From: an uncultured Bdellovibrionales bacterium
Lineage (GTDB): Bacteria; Bdellovibrionota; Bdellovibrionia; Bdellovibrionales; SG-bin7
DNA length: 64,000 bases
NCBI GenBank assembly: GCA_964498095.1
Contig: CAZCFY010000007.1
Coordinates: 114,257 to 178,256 of the forward strand
Reading direction: 5' to 3'
Part shown: piece after piece, positions 55,724 to 64,000 of the stretch
Layout of the letters: every line of letters starts with the position of its first letter
Numbering within the stretch: the stretch's first letter is position 1
Notes under the pieces: generated by a model
What the model was told of the DNA's origin: nothing
Database searches by the model: none
What the model saw: only the letters and a program-made list of their open reading frames with translations
Position numbers and translations under genes: made by a program

Positions 55724-56779
55724 CTACTTAGATATGAAAATGATGGGTAAAGAATAAGTACCGGATTGTTTATTCGCGTGCGAAATGTTTTTGGTCAAGA
55801 CATCCACCGCGCAGGCATTTAACTGCTTAAAAGCCTCATCTTTATTATCGCTTTTAACCGTTTCCACTTGGCCCGCATTCTTAAATTTAACCTCGAAATT
55901 GAATTTAACTTTCTCAGGAAAACTTTCGCGGCGGTGCTGGTGCAGGCAGGCGATAAGTAATGGTGTCGCCTCATCGGTGCCAGCGAAGATATTGGAAGTG
56001 TCGGGACGATACTCGATTGTCAGTTCAGATTCCATGGGAACGACCCGACCCACTTTTTTACTTTCGACACCCTTGTCCAGCATAGCGGCGGACGACTTTG
56101 GTTCTATTGCTTTGGATTTTGCGGCTTTCATTTGAGCAAGGGCCCCCATATTTCCGCGATGGCTTATCGCAGCACCGGCACCTCCGCCCGCATCTCCGCC
56201 GGCCGAGAGATAGGAAGTCGGCGCGCCCTCTGGCCTAACGCCCTCAGACGATCGGGGCGCAATGTCGGCTGTGGCCACCGCGTCGGCCATTGCTGCGGGA
56301 GCTTCAACGGCTCCAATGGCTTGGACGGACTCCTTCATTGGTGCGGACTCTTTGGCCCGCGTTGGTGGCTCCATCCTTTTTTCTTCTACCTTAGCAACTT
56401 CAATCTCTTGAACTGGCGCGGCCTTATTCTGCACTTCTTCTTGTTGAATTAATCGTGGTTGAATTAGCGCGATCACACCCACCAAAATCAAAATGGACGC
56501 AAAGGATAAGCCGATCTTAGGCGAAAAAAGGCTTTTCCAAAAACTCGGCGCCCTTTCGCAATATAATTTTTTGTTTATGGCTTGGCGATGTTTGGGATCA
56601 AGTTCAAACTGCGGAACCCGTGAAAACTCGCCGTGGATTGCGGCTAAGAATTTTTTTTGTTCTTCCACTTGCGCTAGTAGATCAGAATTATGAAAAAGTT
56701 CTTTTTCGAACGCCGCCTTTTCTGCGGCCGACAGTTCATTAAGCAAATAGGCGGTTATGCGATAATCACTCTTTCCCAT
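55724..56779 (-). CDS. Anti-sigma factor (single TM segment, periplasmic domain)
   Basis: The N-terminus ITAYLLNELSAAEKAAFEKELFHNSDLLAQVEE is anti-sigma-like. The start overlaps the sigma stop (TGATG). Confidence 0.5.
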   Translation of the reverse strand: MGKSDYRITAYLLNELSAAEKAAFEKELFHNSDLLAQVEEQKKFLAAIHGEFSRVPQFELDPKHRQAINKKLYCERAPSFWKSLFSPKIGLSFASILILVGVIALIQPRLIQQEEVQNKAAPVQEIEVAKVEEKRMEPPTRAKESAPMKESVQAIGAVEAPAAMADAVATADIAPRSSEGVRPEGAPTSYLSAGGDAGGGAGAAISHRGNMGALAQMKAAKSKAIEPKSSAAMLDKGVESKKVGRVVPMESELTIEYRPDTSNIFAGTDEATPLLIACLHQHRRESFPEKVKFNFEVKFKNAGQVETVKSDNKDEAFKQLNACAVDVLTKNISHANKQSGTYSLPIIFISK

Positions 56780-57285
56780 CAGCCGCCTCCTTTCTTAACT
56801 TTCTCTTTTAATTTTTGTACGGCTTCATGAAGAATGAACCCAACATTGGTAACTGTATAGCCGGTAATTTCACTGATTTCCTTATAACTAAGTTCATCAT
56901 TAAATTTTAGTCTTAAAACTTCTTGATGTTTGGCATCTAATTTAGAGATTTCACGCAGCATAATTGTCATACTCTGTTGGTCCGCCAGGCTCGTTTCCGC
57001 ACTGGCCGTCTCATCCTGCACGGCGCCTTCTTGACCCTCGCCAAAAATATCTACCTTTTTCTCGCGCCGCCAAATATCGATCGCGGCATTACGGCAAACC
57101 CGATAAAGCCATTGGGGTAATAGCTTTTCTATTTGTGCCGGATCTTCATCTATTAACTTCATAAATGCCTCTTGTACGACGTCTTTGGCGCGCTCCTCGT
57201 CACGCAGAATTCCGAAAGTATAGCGTATCAGATCGGAACTCGATTTTTTAATCCAGTAGTTTACCAAGTCGGCCTTTTTGCTCAC
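56779..57285 (-). CDS. ECF (sigma-70 family) RNA polymerase sigma factor
   Basis: Region 2 (DVVQEAFMKL...WLYRVCRNAAIDIWRR) and region 4 HTH (LSYKEISEITGYTVTNV). Confidence 0.85.
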   Translation of the reverse strand: MSKKADLVNYWIKKSSSDLIRYTFGILRDEERAKDVVQEAFMKLIDEDPAQIEKLLPQWLYRVCRNAAIDIWRREKKVDIFGEGQEGAVQDETASAETSLADQQSMTIMLREISKLDAKHQEVLRLKFNDELSYKEISEITGYTVTNVGFILHEAVQKLKEKVKKGGG

Positions 57286-57381
57286 CCCTTCTATTCTACG
57301 TATTCCTTAGGATTTTATTAGAAAAAAAGTTTTTCCTAATAACTTTTGCGGCCAACCGTTGAACATGAAAAGGAGGACTGT

Positions 57382-59277
57382 ATGAAAGCCTTAAGTCTAG
57401 CAGGAATTTTATTAACTATTACAATGTCTTACACTCCCACACTGGAGGCCCGCAAAATGGTCGCTCATCGTCAAAATGCGGCCATCGCTTTAAAAAGTTT
57501 CGGCAGTTGCCAAGCTTTGGGTGAACATCTGCAAAAAGAATTTCTATCTTATTACTCCCACTACGAGCATTGCCCTCACTGCTTTTATGCGGCGGAGGAC
57601 TCCATGATGAATGCCGGGGCGCCCTCAAGGGCCAAATCCGCCGAGCTCGCCGCTCCGGCAGCCATCGGTTCGCGGGCGAGTCAAGGCGCCGGTGGGGACG
57701 TTGAAGCTAAGTCGGTGGTCAGGACAAATAACCAAGTTGCCAACGTTGATGAAGCCGACTTTGTAAAGTTTGACGGCAAATTTATTTATCAATTGCATGG
57801 CAACCAACTAAAAATTATTAAATCGTGGCCGGCAAATTCGCTGAACATGCTTGCGACCATCGGAATTCAGGGAGCCCCGCGAGAACTGCTAATCGAGCAA
57901 AACCGCGCGATCGTAATTTCGCAAAACGGCAGTAGTTCCTTAATCACTGTTCTTGATACCCAAAATAAAAGCTCTCCTAGCGTTGAGGTACAATTTGAAG
58001 TTCCCGGCAATTACGTAACGGCCCGAAAAATTGGCTCCACTTTGCGAATCATCAGCAATGACCTTAATGTGCGCTTAAATAGACAGGCCCTCCCACCCGA
58101 AAGTAATGGCTGGCTTACCAACACAACTCCGGCAGCCAATGTCTCCGCTAAAGATTTGCTAAATATTCAACCCACCGTCCGCATAGTTGGAGGATTGCGC
58201 ACCAACATGGACATTCTTGAAGACTGTAAACACGTTTACACTCCCGAGAAATCCATCTCTGGACAAATGACCCGCCTTATTACCATCGACTTAAAAAATC
58301 GCCGCTATTCCGAAGCGCTCGCGTTCTTAAACCCTGAAACAGTTTATGCCTCCGAATCGGCGATCTATATTGCACAACAAGGCTGGGATGCGCAGCAATT
58401 TACGGCGATCCACAAATTTTCTGTTAACGCAGAAAGGCCCATAGGGTACGCCGCGTCTGGAAAAGTAAACGGGCAACTTATTAATCAATTTGCTATGGAT
58501 GAACACAAAGGCTATTTGCGTACGGCGACCAATGGTACCGAGCAAATCACGACAGGAATTTTTAATAAGTCGACAACTTGGGAAACCGTAAATAAAGTTC
58601 AAGTACTGAAACAGAATGGCCAAACTTTAGAGGTGGTCGGTCGGTCGCAAAATTTGGCCAAAGGTGAACGCCTTTACAGCGCCCGCTTTGACGGTGATAA
58701 GGGTTACTTAGTTACCTTTCGCCAAGTCGATCCACTTTTTACCATGGACCTTTCTAACCCTCGCAGCCCCCGGATGGTTGGCGAGCTTAAGATTCCCGGT
58801 TTTTCCACTTACATCCATATGCTGGGTAATAACCACTTACTTACAATCGGTCAGGATGCTGACGAGAAAACCGGCCGTGCTAAAGGTTTAAAGCTTTCTG
58901 TTTTTGACGTGAGTAATTTCGCCAAACCTAAAGAAGTAAAAAGCCTAATTTTTAATTCTTCGGTATCTTCAGAGGCTACTTACGAACACAAGGCGTTTAG
59001 TTTCTACGACGACAAAGGTGTTCTAGCGATTCCAGTTTCTGGTTATGTGAACGGCAGCCAACGTAGCTCGGTATTACTTTTCAAAGTCAGTACCAAGGAG
59101 ATCGCTTCCAGCGGGGAAATGGCGATGAGCGAAATGAACGGTGTGCGACGCAGCTTCTTTGCCGACGACATCATCTATGCTATCGGCGGAAGCGGTGTTA
59201 AGGCCGCGAACTTAAATAATCCCGCGAGCCCAATAGCGACACTACTATTTGAAAGCCGCTTGGCAACGGGATGGTAG
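57382..59277 (+). CDS. Secreted beta-propeller-domain protein (Beta_propel-type)
   Basis: AGGAGG RBS before the ATG at 57382. Signal peptide. TNNQVANVDEADFVKFDGKFIYQL is typical of this family. Confidence 0.6.
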   Translation: MKALSLAGILLTITMSYTPTLEARKMVAHRQNAAIALKSFGSCQALGEHLQKEFLSYYSHYEHCPHCFYAAEDSMMNAGAPSRAKSAELAAPAAIGSRASQGAGGDVEAKSVVRTNNQVANVDEADFVKFDGKFIYQLHGNQLKIIKSWPANSLNMLATIGIQGAPRELLIEQNRAIVISQNGSSSLITVLDTQNKSSPSVEVQFEVPGNYVTARKIGSTLRIISNDLNVRLNRQALPPESNGWLTNTTPAANVSAKDLLNIQPTVRIVGGLRTNMDILEDCKHVYTPEKSISGQMTRLITIDLKNRRYSEALAFLNPETVYASESAIYIAQQGWDAQQFTAIHKFSVNAERPIGYAASGKVNGQLINQFAMDEHKGYLRTATNGTEQITTGIFNKSTTWETVNKVQVLKQNGQTLEVVGRSQNLAKGERLYSARFDGDKGYLVTFRQVDPLFTMDLSNPRSPRMVGELKIPGFSTYIHMLGNNHLLTIGQDADEKTGRAKGLKLSVFDVSNFAKPKEVKSLIFNSSVSSEATYEHKAFSFYDDKGVLAIPVSGYVNGSQRSSVLLFKVSTKEIASSGEMAMSEMNGVRRSFFADDIIYAIGGSGVKAANLNNPASPIATLLFESRLATGW

Positions 59278-59781
59278 TTATCTAAGGCCAGTCCGTTTTT
59301 TAAAGTACCCCATGAGCTTCCAATAGGAAGTGTGAAAGCCTTCCTCAACCATTTCTTTAAGCGCGTCCTCGGGCTGCCATTTTTGAACGAGGACGCGATA
59401 CAATCCGATAATTAATCCCGTTCGATCTTCGCCATAATGACAGTGCACGAGCACGGGGTGATTTCTTGGATCCGCCATAATCGTCAAAATTTCATTTACT
59501 TCTCTATCAATCGGATCTTTATACCAAGCCATCGGACTTGAAAGAAAATTTACCCCCAACTGTTTAGCGAGGCGGGCTTCGGCGGTTATATATTTATCCT
59601 TGTTTTCTAGATTTATGATCGTTCGAATGCCGTGGGTTTTCTGTGCCCAGGCAAGCTGATTGCCTTCGGGCCTGCCGCTACGATAGACGCCGTCAGCTAC
59701 TCTTAAGAAGTGATCGATTTGCTCATTGGCAAAAATATTTCCAGAAAATAAAATCAAGAATGAGAATAAAATCCCTTTCAC
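59278..59781 (-). CDS. Secreted dual-specificity/tyrosine phosphatase-like protein
   Basis: CX5R active-site loop HCHYGEDRTG. Signal peptide present. Confidence 0.7.
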   Translation of the reverse strand: MKGILFSFLILFSGNIFANEQIDHFLRVADGVYRSGRPEGNQLAWAQKTHGIRTIINLENKDKYITAEARLAKQLGVNFLSSPMAWYKDPIDREVNEILTIMADPRNHPVLVHCHYGEDRTGLIIGLYRVLVQKWQPEDALKEMVEEGFHTSYWKLMGYFKKRTGLR

Positions 59782-59887
59782 TAAAAAACTCCTTTTTTGC
59801 CATCAGTCCTTACTAGAGCTATCCAATCAGAGTTTTAAAAATATTCCCACAAAAAAATAATTAGAATTTCGTATGGGACAAATGCTG

Positions 59888-61168
59888 TTAACGCACTGAG
59901 CGCCAATTTACGAATGTAAACTTCCTCGGCCTTACTTCCACCCGCATTTGTGGCATAGATTCGCCGCTGGGTTGATGATTTTCGGTAAACCCTTGAGCTG
60001 TTACATTATATTTCCCGGCGGGAACACGCAACCGAGCGATCTGAAAGGACTCAGGAAGAGTTGACCAGTGACGGGTGTCCGCTTGATCAGCGACGCGCAT
60101 TACCACATAAGCCAAATTTCCTAAGCCTTCATTACGCTGACGAATTTGATCGGCCGCCACCGCTTTTACGACGTGGGCCCCCAAGCGCTTGGCTACTAAC
60201 TCACCCATCTGGTCGTTAAATGTCTTTATTGTTACATCGCTAATATTATAAATTTCCGAACTCGGCGAGGGCGGAAAATTATCCACTATTAAATTCGCGC
60301 GTTGAGTTTGCGAAAAAGACGCAAACAACATTGGGAAGCTAAAATTTTGTGGATTCGGGCGCTTCACGGGTCCCCAGCCTTGTTGGTATATGAGGACAAT
60401 TTCACCGTAATTTTTCTCATCCCACTCTTTACGCCAGGTCACTTCGGGAAATTCTTTTTGCCATTTCTTTAAAGCCTCGTCGCGTTTTGCTTTTTTGGCC
60501 AAACGGATGAGGTCTTCGCGCAACAAAGGTATATCGGGATTTAATTTATACGTTTCTTCGTAATCAATGTAAGCGTCATCCCACTTTCCCCCCGACTCCC
60601 ACACCATCGCCGATAGATAGCGCGCCAAAGGACTTTGCGCGTAAGGAAGATTGGCCTCATTTTTATATTTAATTAATTTTTCATTCAGACGGCGCGCTTC
60701 CACAGTGGCCTCATCCAGCTCGCCTAGCATCAAATAATTTATCGCGGAAAACGCATTGATCAGAACTTTTTCGTAATGCTCGCCTTTGTATTGAACCATG
60801 CCTTCGTTAAACAATAACGAACCCGTGATTCGCGAAATACTATGATAGTCATTGATTGCCGACATTTTATCGGCCTTTTGAAAAACCTGATTACTCTTCT
60901 TAAAATCACCGGCTAATTGCAAAGCCGTGCCGTACTCCAAAAGATAAACTAACTGATCGTCGTTTTCTTTACTGGCCAGAGGTTCAAGAGACTGGGCGGC
61001 GGACTCGTAATTTCCATTAACGATGCCCGCCCGCGCTACTCCCACCTTCATTTGATGAGTCGCGCAGCCCGAAATGAGAACTAGCGCGATAAAAAGGAAA
61101 CTTAATTTAGAGGCCAATTCGTTTCTTTTTAAAGAGTTTACGCAACTGATCTTGTCCCGTCCATTCAA
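59888..61168 (-). CDS. TPR-like lipoprotein downstream of the LpoB-like gene
   Basis: Lipobox LISGC. The start is uncertain because the ORF overlaps the upstream gene by 62 nt. Confidence 0.4.
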   Translation of the reverse strand: MNGRDKISCVNSLKRNELASKLSFLFIALVLISGCATHQMKVGVARAGIVNGNYESAAQSLEPLASKENDDQLVYLLEYGTALQLAGDFKKSNQVFQKADKMSAINDYHSISRITGSLLFNEGMVQYKGEHYEKVLINAFSAINYLMLGELDEATVEARRLNEKLIKYKNEANLPYAQSPLARYLSAMVWESGGKWDDAYIDYEETYKLNPDIPLLREDLIRLAKKAKRDEALKKWQKEFPEVTWRKEWDEKNYGEIVLIYQQGWGPVKRPNPQNFSFPMLFASFSQTQRANLIVDNFPPSPSSEIYNISDVTIKTFNDQMGELVAKRLGAHVVKAVAADQIRQRNEGLGNLAYVVMRVADQADTRHWSTLPESFQIARLRVPAGKYNVTAQGFTENHQPSGESMPQMRVEVRPRKFTFVNWRSVR

Positions 61169-61718
61169 CTAAGTTCGTGCGCAAGTTAGTTAAATTTAAT
61201 GTCACTTTGTAATAAACAGTTTTATCACTGCCAACTTCTTTAGTAATCGAATCCAAGCGGCCGTTTAAAATGTAATCCGCGCCGACTTGTCCGCCTTTAG
61301 ATTTTTTAGTGGCATCATCCATATTGCCGGCGCCTTGGTACTCATATTCCGCAGCGACATCCTCGCGGGCTTCCTTATCGACAAAAGCCACCCGGCCGGA
61401 GTTCGTAAGCTCTACGCGGACCATGTCCATGACCGATTGAGTATCAATATGCTCGCTAGTTTTATTTTGTAACTGAGTAACCATGATTACCGGCGGTTTC
61501 TTAGAGGTCGAAATGGACCGGTGGTTTGTTAAATTACCCACAAGTTTTTGTACAATTTTTTGCATGTCGGTTTCAGACCACTGATCATCCAAAGTATTTT
61601 CGGCCTCGACGTTTTTGTCATAATCACCTTTGGTAAAAGCTTTCGGCCCGCAACCGCTCAGAAATCCAAGCACGGACGTTAAAGAAAATAGGGTTACAAA
61701 AATCTTCGCTAATTTCAT
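61107..61718 (-). CDS. LpoB/COG3417-like lipoprotein (penicillin-binding-protein activator family)
   Basis: Lipobox LSGC. The LpoB-like pattern is VTQLQNKTSEHIDTQSVMDMVRVELTNSGRVAFV...GADYILNGRL. Confidence 0.55.
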   Translation of the reverse strand: MKLAKIFVTLFSLTSVLGFLSGCGPKAFTKGDYDKNVEAENTLDDQWSETDMQKIVQKLVGNLTNHRSISTSKKPPVIMVTQLQNKTSEHIDTQSVMDMVRVELTNSGRVAFVDKEAREDVAAEYEYQGAGNMDDATKKSKGGQVGADYILNGRLDSITKEVGSDKTVYYKVTLNLTNLRTNLVEWTGQDQLRKLFKKKRIGL

Positions 61719-61844
61719 TTATTGCTCCTGTTTTTATGGAGTCTCCATGGTAACCAAAAATGCGACCGGTAGGCAAGGTGCCCGCCGGGTCACGGATGAC
61801 CCGCTCCATGGGTTTAGAAACCGCAGCTAGACTACGCATCTATT

Positions 61845-62264
61845 TTGCAGGCAGGCAGCCTCGTGGAACGCTTATTATCGAGCCAAAAGGCCAGTGAAAT
61901 GCTGCGGCAGCTTTTTGATCCCCAGGTAGAGGAAGTTCGGGTGATTGCCTTAGGAAGCGACAAATCCGTCATAAACCACGCTTGCATTTTTCGTGGTACG
62001 AGCGACGCCTGTTTGTTTCATCCCCGAGATGTTTTTCGTTTTGCCATTTTAAACTGTGCCTCGGGATTTATTCTTTCCCACAATCATCCGTTCACGTCAT
62101 CCCAGCCATCTCCCGACGATATTTTAGCTACACAAAGAATATTAAAAAATTCCAAGCTTATGGCCATAGAACTCGTCGATCACATTATAATTGGTAAAAC
62201 GGATTTCTTTAGTTTTGCCGATCGGCAATTACTGGGGCGAAGGCCCCACCGGATAAGCTCTTAA
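61845..62264 (+). CDS. RadC-like JAB/MPN domain protein (short form)
   Basis: HNHPFTSSQPSPDD (JAMM-like H-x-H...S..D). Only 139 aa, so the N-terminal HhH part is absent. Confidence 0.7.
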   Translation: MQAGSLVERLLSSQKASEMLRQLFDPQVEEVRVIALGSDKSVINHACIFRGTSDACLFHPRDVFRFAILNCASGFILSHNHPFTSSQPSPDDILATQRILKNSKLMAIELVDHIIIGKTDFFSFADRQLLGRRPHRISS

Positions 62265-62777
62265 ATTTTTATCAATGCGAATTTCAATGCCGTCACGACG
62301 GGCGTTTTCCTGCAGCTGACGAATAAATTCCCGTTGTAAGCGCTCATTTTCAAACTGTTCTTCTTGGCGGCGGCGAATTTCCGCTTGCACATGATCCTCG
62401 GGAGTATAAACGTCAAAATCTCGCACGCGTTTTTCTTCTTCAAAGCGCCAGGCTTGTTCTTGTTGCGCATCCAGTCCCGGCCATTGCGATTCATTTTTTA
62501 TATTCGGGTGATTCAACCCACGGCGGGCCTCGCGGCGGTTTTTTTCGTTATCAACCTGCATTTCTTCGTGCATTTTTTTTAAATAGAGCGAGCGGTAATA
62601 GCGATCCGCTTTATCCTCTTTAAAACTGGAATTTTCTATTTGACCAGCTTTAGGAAGCGGTTTTGTTGCTTTTGGGCCCTTTGATAACAAATAAAATGAG
62701 ACAATCCCCATGAGGAGAATAAGGATGGATAAAGTAACATTGTTATTCTTCGGAACCATACATGGGCTTATCGGCAA
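62229..62777 (-). CDS. Membrane-anchored, highly charged hypothetical protein
   Basis: One TM segment followed by an E/R/K/Q-rich region. Confidence 0.35.
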   Translation of the reverse strand: MPISPCMVPKNNNVTLSILILLMGIVSFYLLSKGPKATKPLPKAGQIENSSFKEDKADRYYRSLYLKKMHEEMQVDNEKNRREARRGLNHPNIKNESQWPGLDAQQEQAWRFEEEKRVRDFDVYTPEDHVQAEIRRRQEEQFENERLQREFIRQLQENARRDGIEIRIDKNLRAYPVGPSPQ

Positions 62778-62792
62778 AACCCAGCAATCTCA

Positions 62793-64000
62793 TTAGGGGA
62801 CAAGGGCGATTAAATCCTCAATGATTTTATAAGCTTCTGCGGTGTTTTGGTCGTATGTTGGTTTCTCTTGACCTACCCTTCGGGCCTGAGAGCGTCTGTT
62901 GAGTTCCGCGATCACTTTTTCTTTATTTGGAATCAGTGAAAAATTTGCGGGCAGACTCGACGGAACGGTCGGAGCCGAGAGTACGTGCGGATAATCTTTT
63001 TCAAACCGGGGAGGATTGCCAGACTCTAAAACTACATCGGCCTTCACACCATCAATTTGTGGTGAACGGCCTGAGGGAGTAAAATAAAGTGCGATGGTTA
63101 AAACCAAAGCCACATCCGGTCCAAGTGCCTGCTGGGTCTGTACTGAACCCTTTCCGTAAGTTTGTGGATCGCCGACAACTATGGCGCGGCCATAATCCTG
63201 AAGTGATCCACTAAGTAGTTCGGAGGCACTTGCAGAATATGAGTCGGTTAACACTACGAGGGGTCCATCCCAAACGGGCTGACTTCCGCTGGGGATATTT
63301 AAATCTTCGCGCTCGCGGTTAGTAATTTTGCTCACCCCCGGTCCCGGCTTAACGAAAAGACCAAGGATACCTACTGCGTCGTTCAAACTACCGCCACCGT
63401 TATCTCGTAGGTCGATGATCATACCGGCAAGTGTGGTTGATTTTTTTAAATTTAATATTGCTTGTCGCAGTTGATTTTCCGAGTCGACAAAAAAACTAGA
63501 AAATTTAACGTGGGCAATTTTTCCTTTTGGCGAGTCAACGACCTTAATGTCGATATTATAAGTGCCAGCCTCAATTTTATCGCGCTTAACATTGGTTTCG
63601 AACTTCTCGCCTTTCCTCAAGACCTTTAAAGCCACCTCGGTTCCAATTGGTCCTCTAAATACGTCGCCAATGGTTTGCGGGTCAGCGCCCGACAGAGAAT
63701 ACCAATATTTTTTGCGCTTTACTAATTTTGGTAAAGTTTCGCGAAGCTCTGCCGTCGATACGTGCGTTACGACATCGCCTTCCTGAAGGCCGGCCCTTAC
63801 AGCAGGGCCACCGGCAATTAAATTTCTTATAAAAAGGCCGTTCTGATCAATGGTAAAGACTGCACCAACTCCTCCAAAACTTGATTTTAATCCCCCATAC
63901 CTTTTGCTGACATCTGAACCCAAGAGCAAATCGGAATGTGGATCCAGTCCATTGATGAAAGCCTTTGCAATAATCGCTGGAAGGTTTCGGTTGTCCAGTG
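62793..64000 (-). CDS. ctpA: Carboxy-terminal processing (S41) peptidase with a PDZ domain; the N-terminus lies beyond the window
   Basis: DLRDNGGGSL, TDSYSASASE and TYGKGSVQ. The frame stays open upstream of the annotated TTG (..FINGLDPHSDLL..) to base 64000. Confidence 0.85.
   Translation of the reverse strand, partial: LDNRNLPAIIAKAFINGLDPHSDLLLGSDVSKRYGGLKSSFGGVGAVFTIDQNGLFIRNLIAGGPAVRAGLQEGDVVTHVSTAELRETLPKLVKRKKYWYSLSGADPQTIGDVFRGPIGTEVALKVLRKGEKFETNVKRDKIEAGTYNIDIKVVDSPKGKIAHVKFSSFFVDSENQLRQAILNLKKSTTLAGMIIDLRDNGGGSLNDAVGILGLFVKPGPGVSKITNREREDLNIPSGSQPVWDGPLVVLTDSYSASASELLSGSLQDYGRAIVVGDPQTYGKGSVQTQQALGPDVALVLTIALYFTPSGRSPQIDGVKADVVLESGNPPRFEKDYPHVLSAPTVPSSLPANFSLIPNKEKVIAELNRRSQARRVGQEKPTYDQNTAEAYKIIEDLIALVP

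Overview
This is a chromosomal segment of a Gram-negative bacterium. The gene content suggests a Bdellovibrio- or Myxococcota-like organism (AgmX/PglI-type domain, prkA-yeaH-spoVR operon, ECF sigma modules, many secreted hypothetical proteins); this is inference only. I support about 65 protein-coding genes, one tRNA, several terminators and several repeat or regulatory elements. Housekeeping genes include def, rlmE, mgtE, a lysA-like decarboxylase, a deoxyhypusine-synthase-like gene, phaR, an S41 peptidase, an HK/RR pair and a Ser/Thr kinase translationally coupled to an LD-carboxypeptidase. The standout is an ~8.6-kb integrated element (23027-31668) at the 3' end of tRNA-Ser(GGA). It is bounded by a 19-nt exact direct repeat (25 nt with one mismatch) and looks more AT-rich than its flanks in a few hand counts. 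It carries a large serine recombinase whose ORF reads antisense across the entire tRNA, and a second Hin/resolvase-type serine recombinase. It also carries a third, degenerate catalytic-domain-only resolvase paralogue, RHH/wHTH/zinc-ribbon regulators and a ~360-bp iteron-like array. Its cargo is a divergent type II R-M pair (PvuII-like nuclease core plus a 633-aa gamma-class N6-adenine methyltransferase). I found no tyrosine integrase, transposase or phage structural gene, so I read it as a serine-integrase-borne, plasmid-like integrative element; this is a hypothesis. Other notable items are a perfect 27-bp-arm hairpin downstream of phaR and a GcvH paralogue lacking the lipoyl lysine. No CRISPR array or rRNA was seen. 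All family assignments come from motif recognition by eye, not from database searches.
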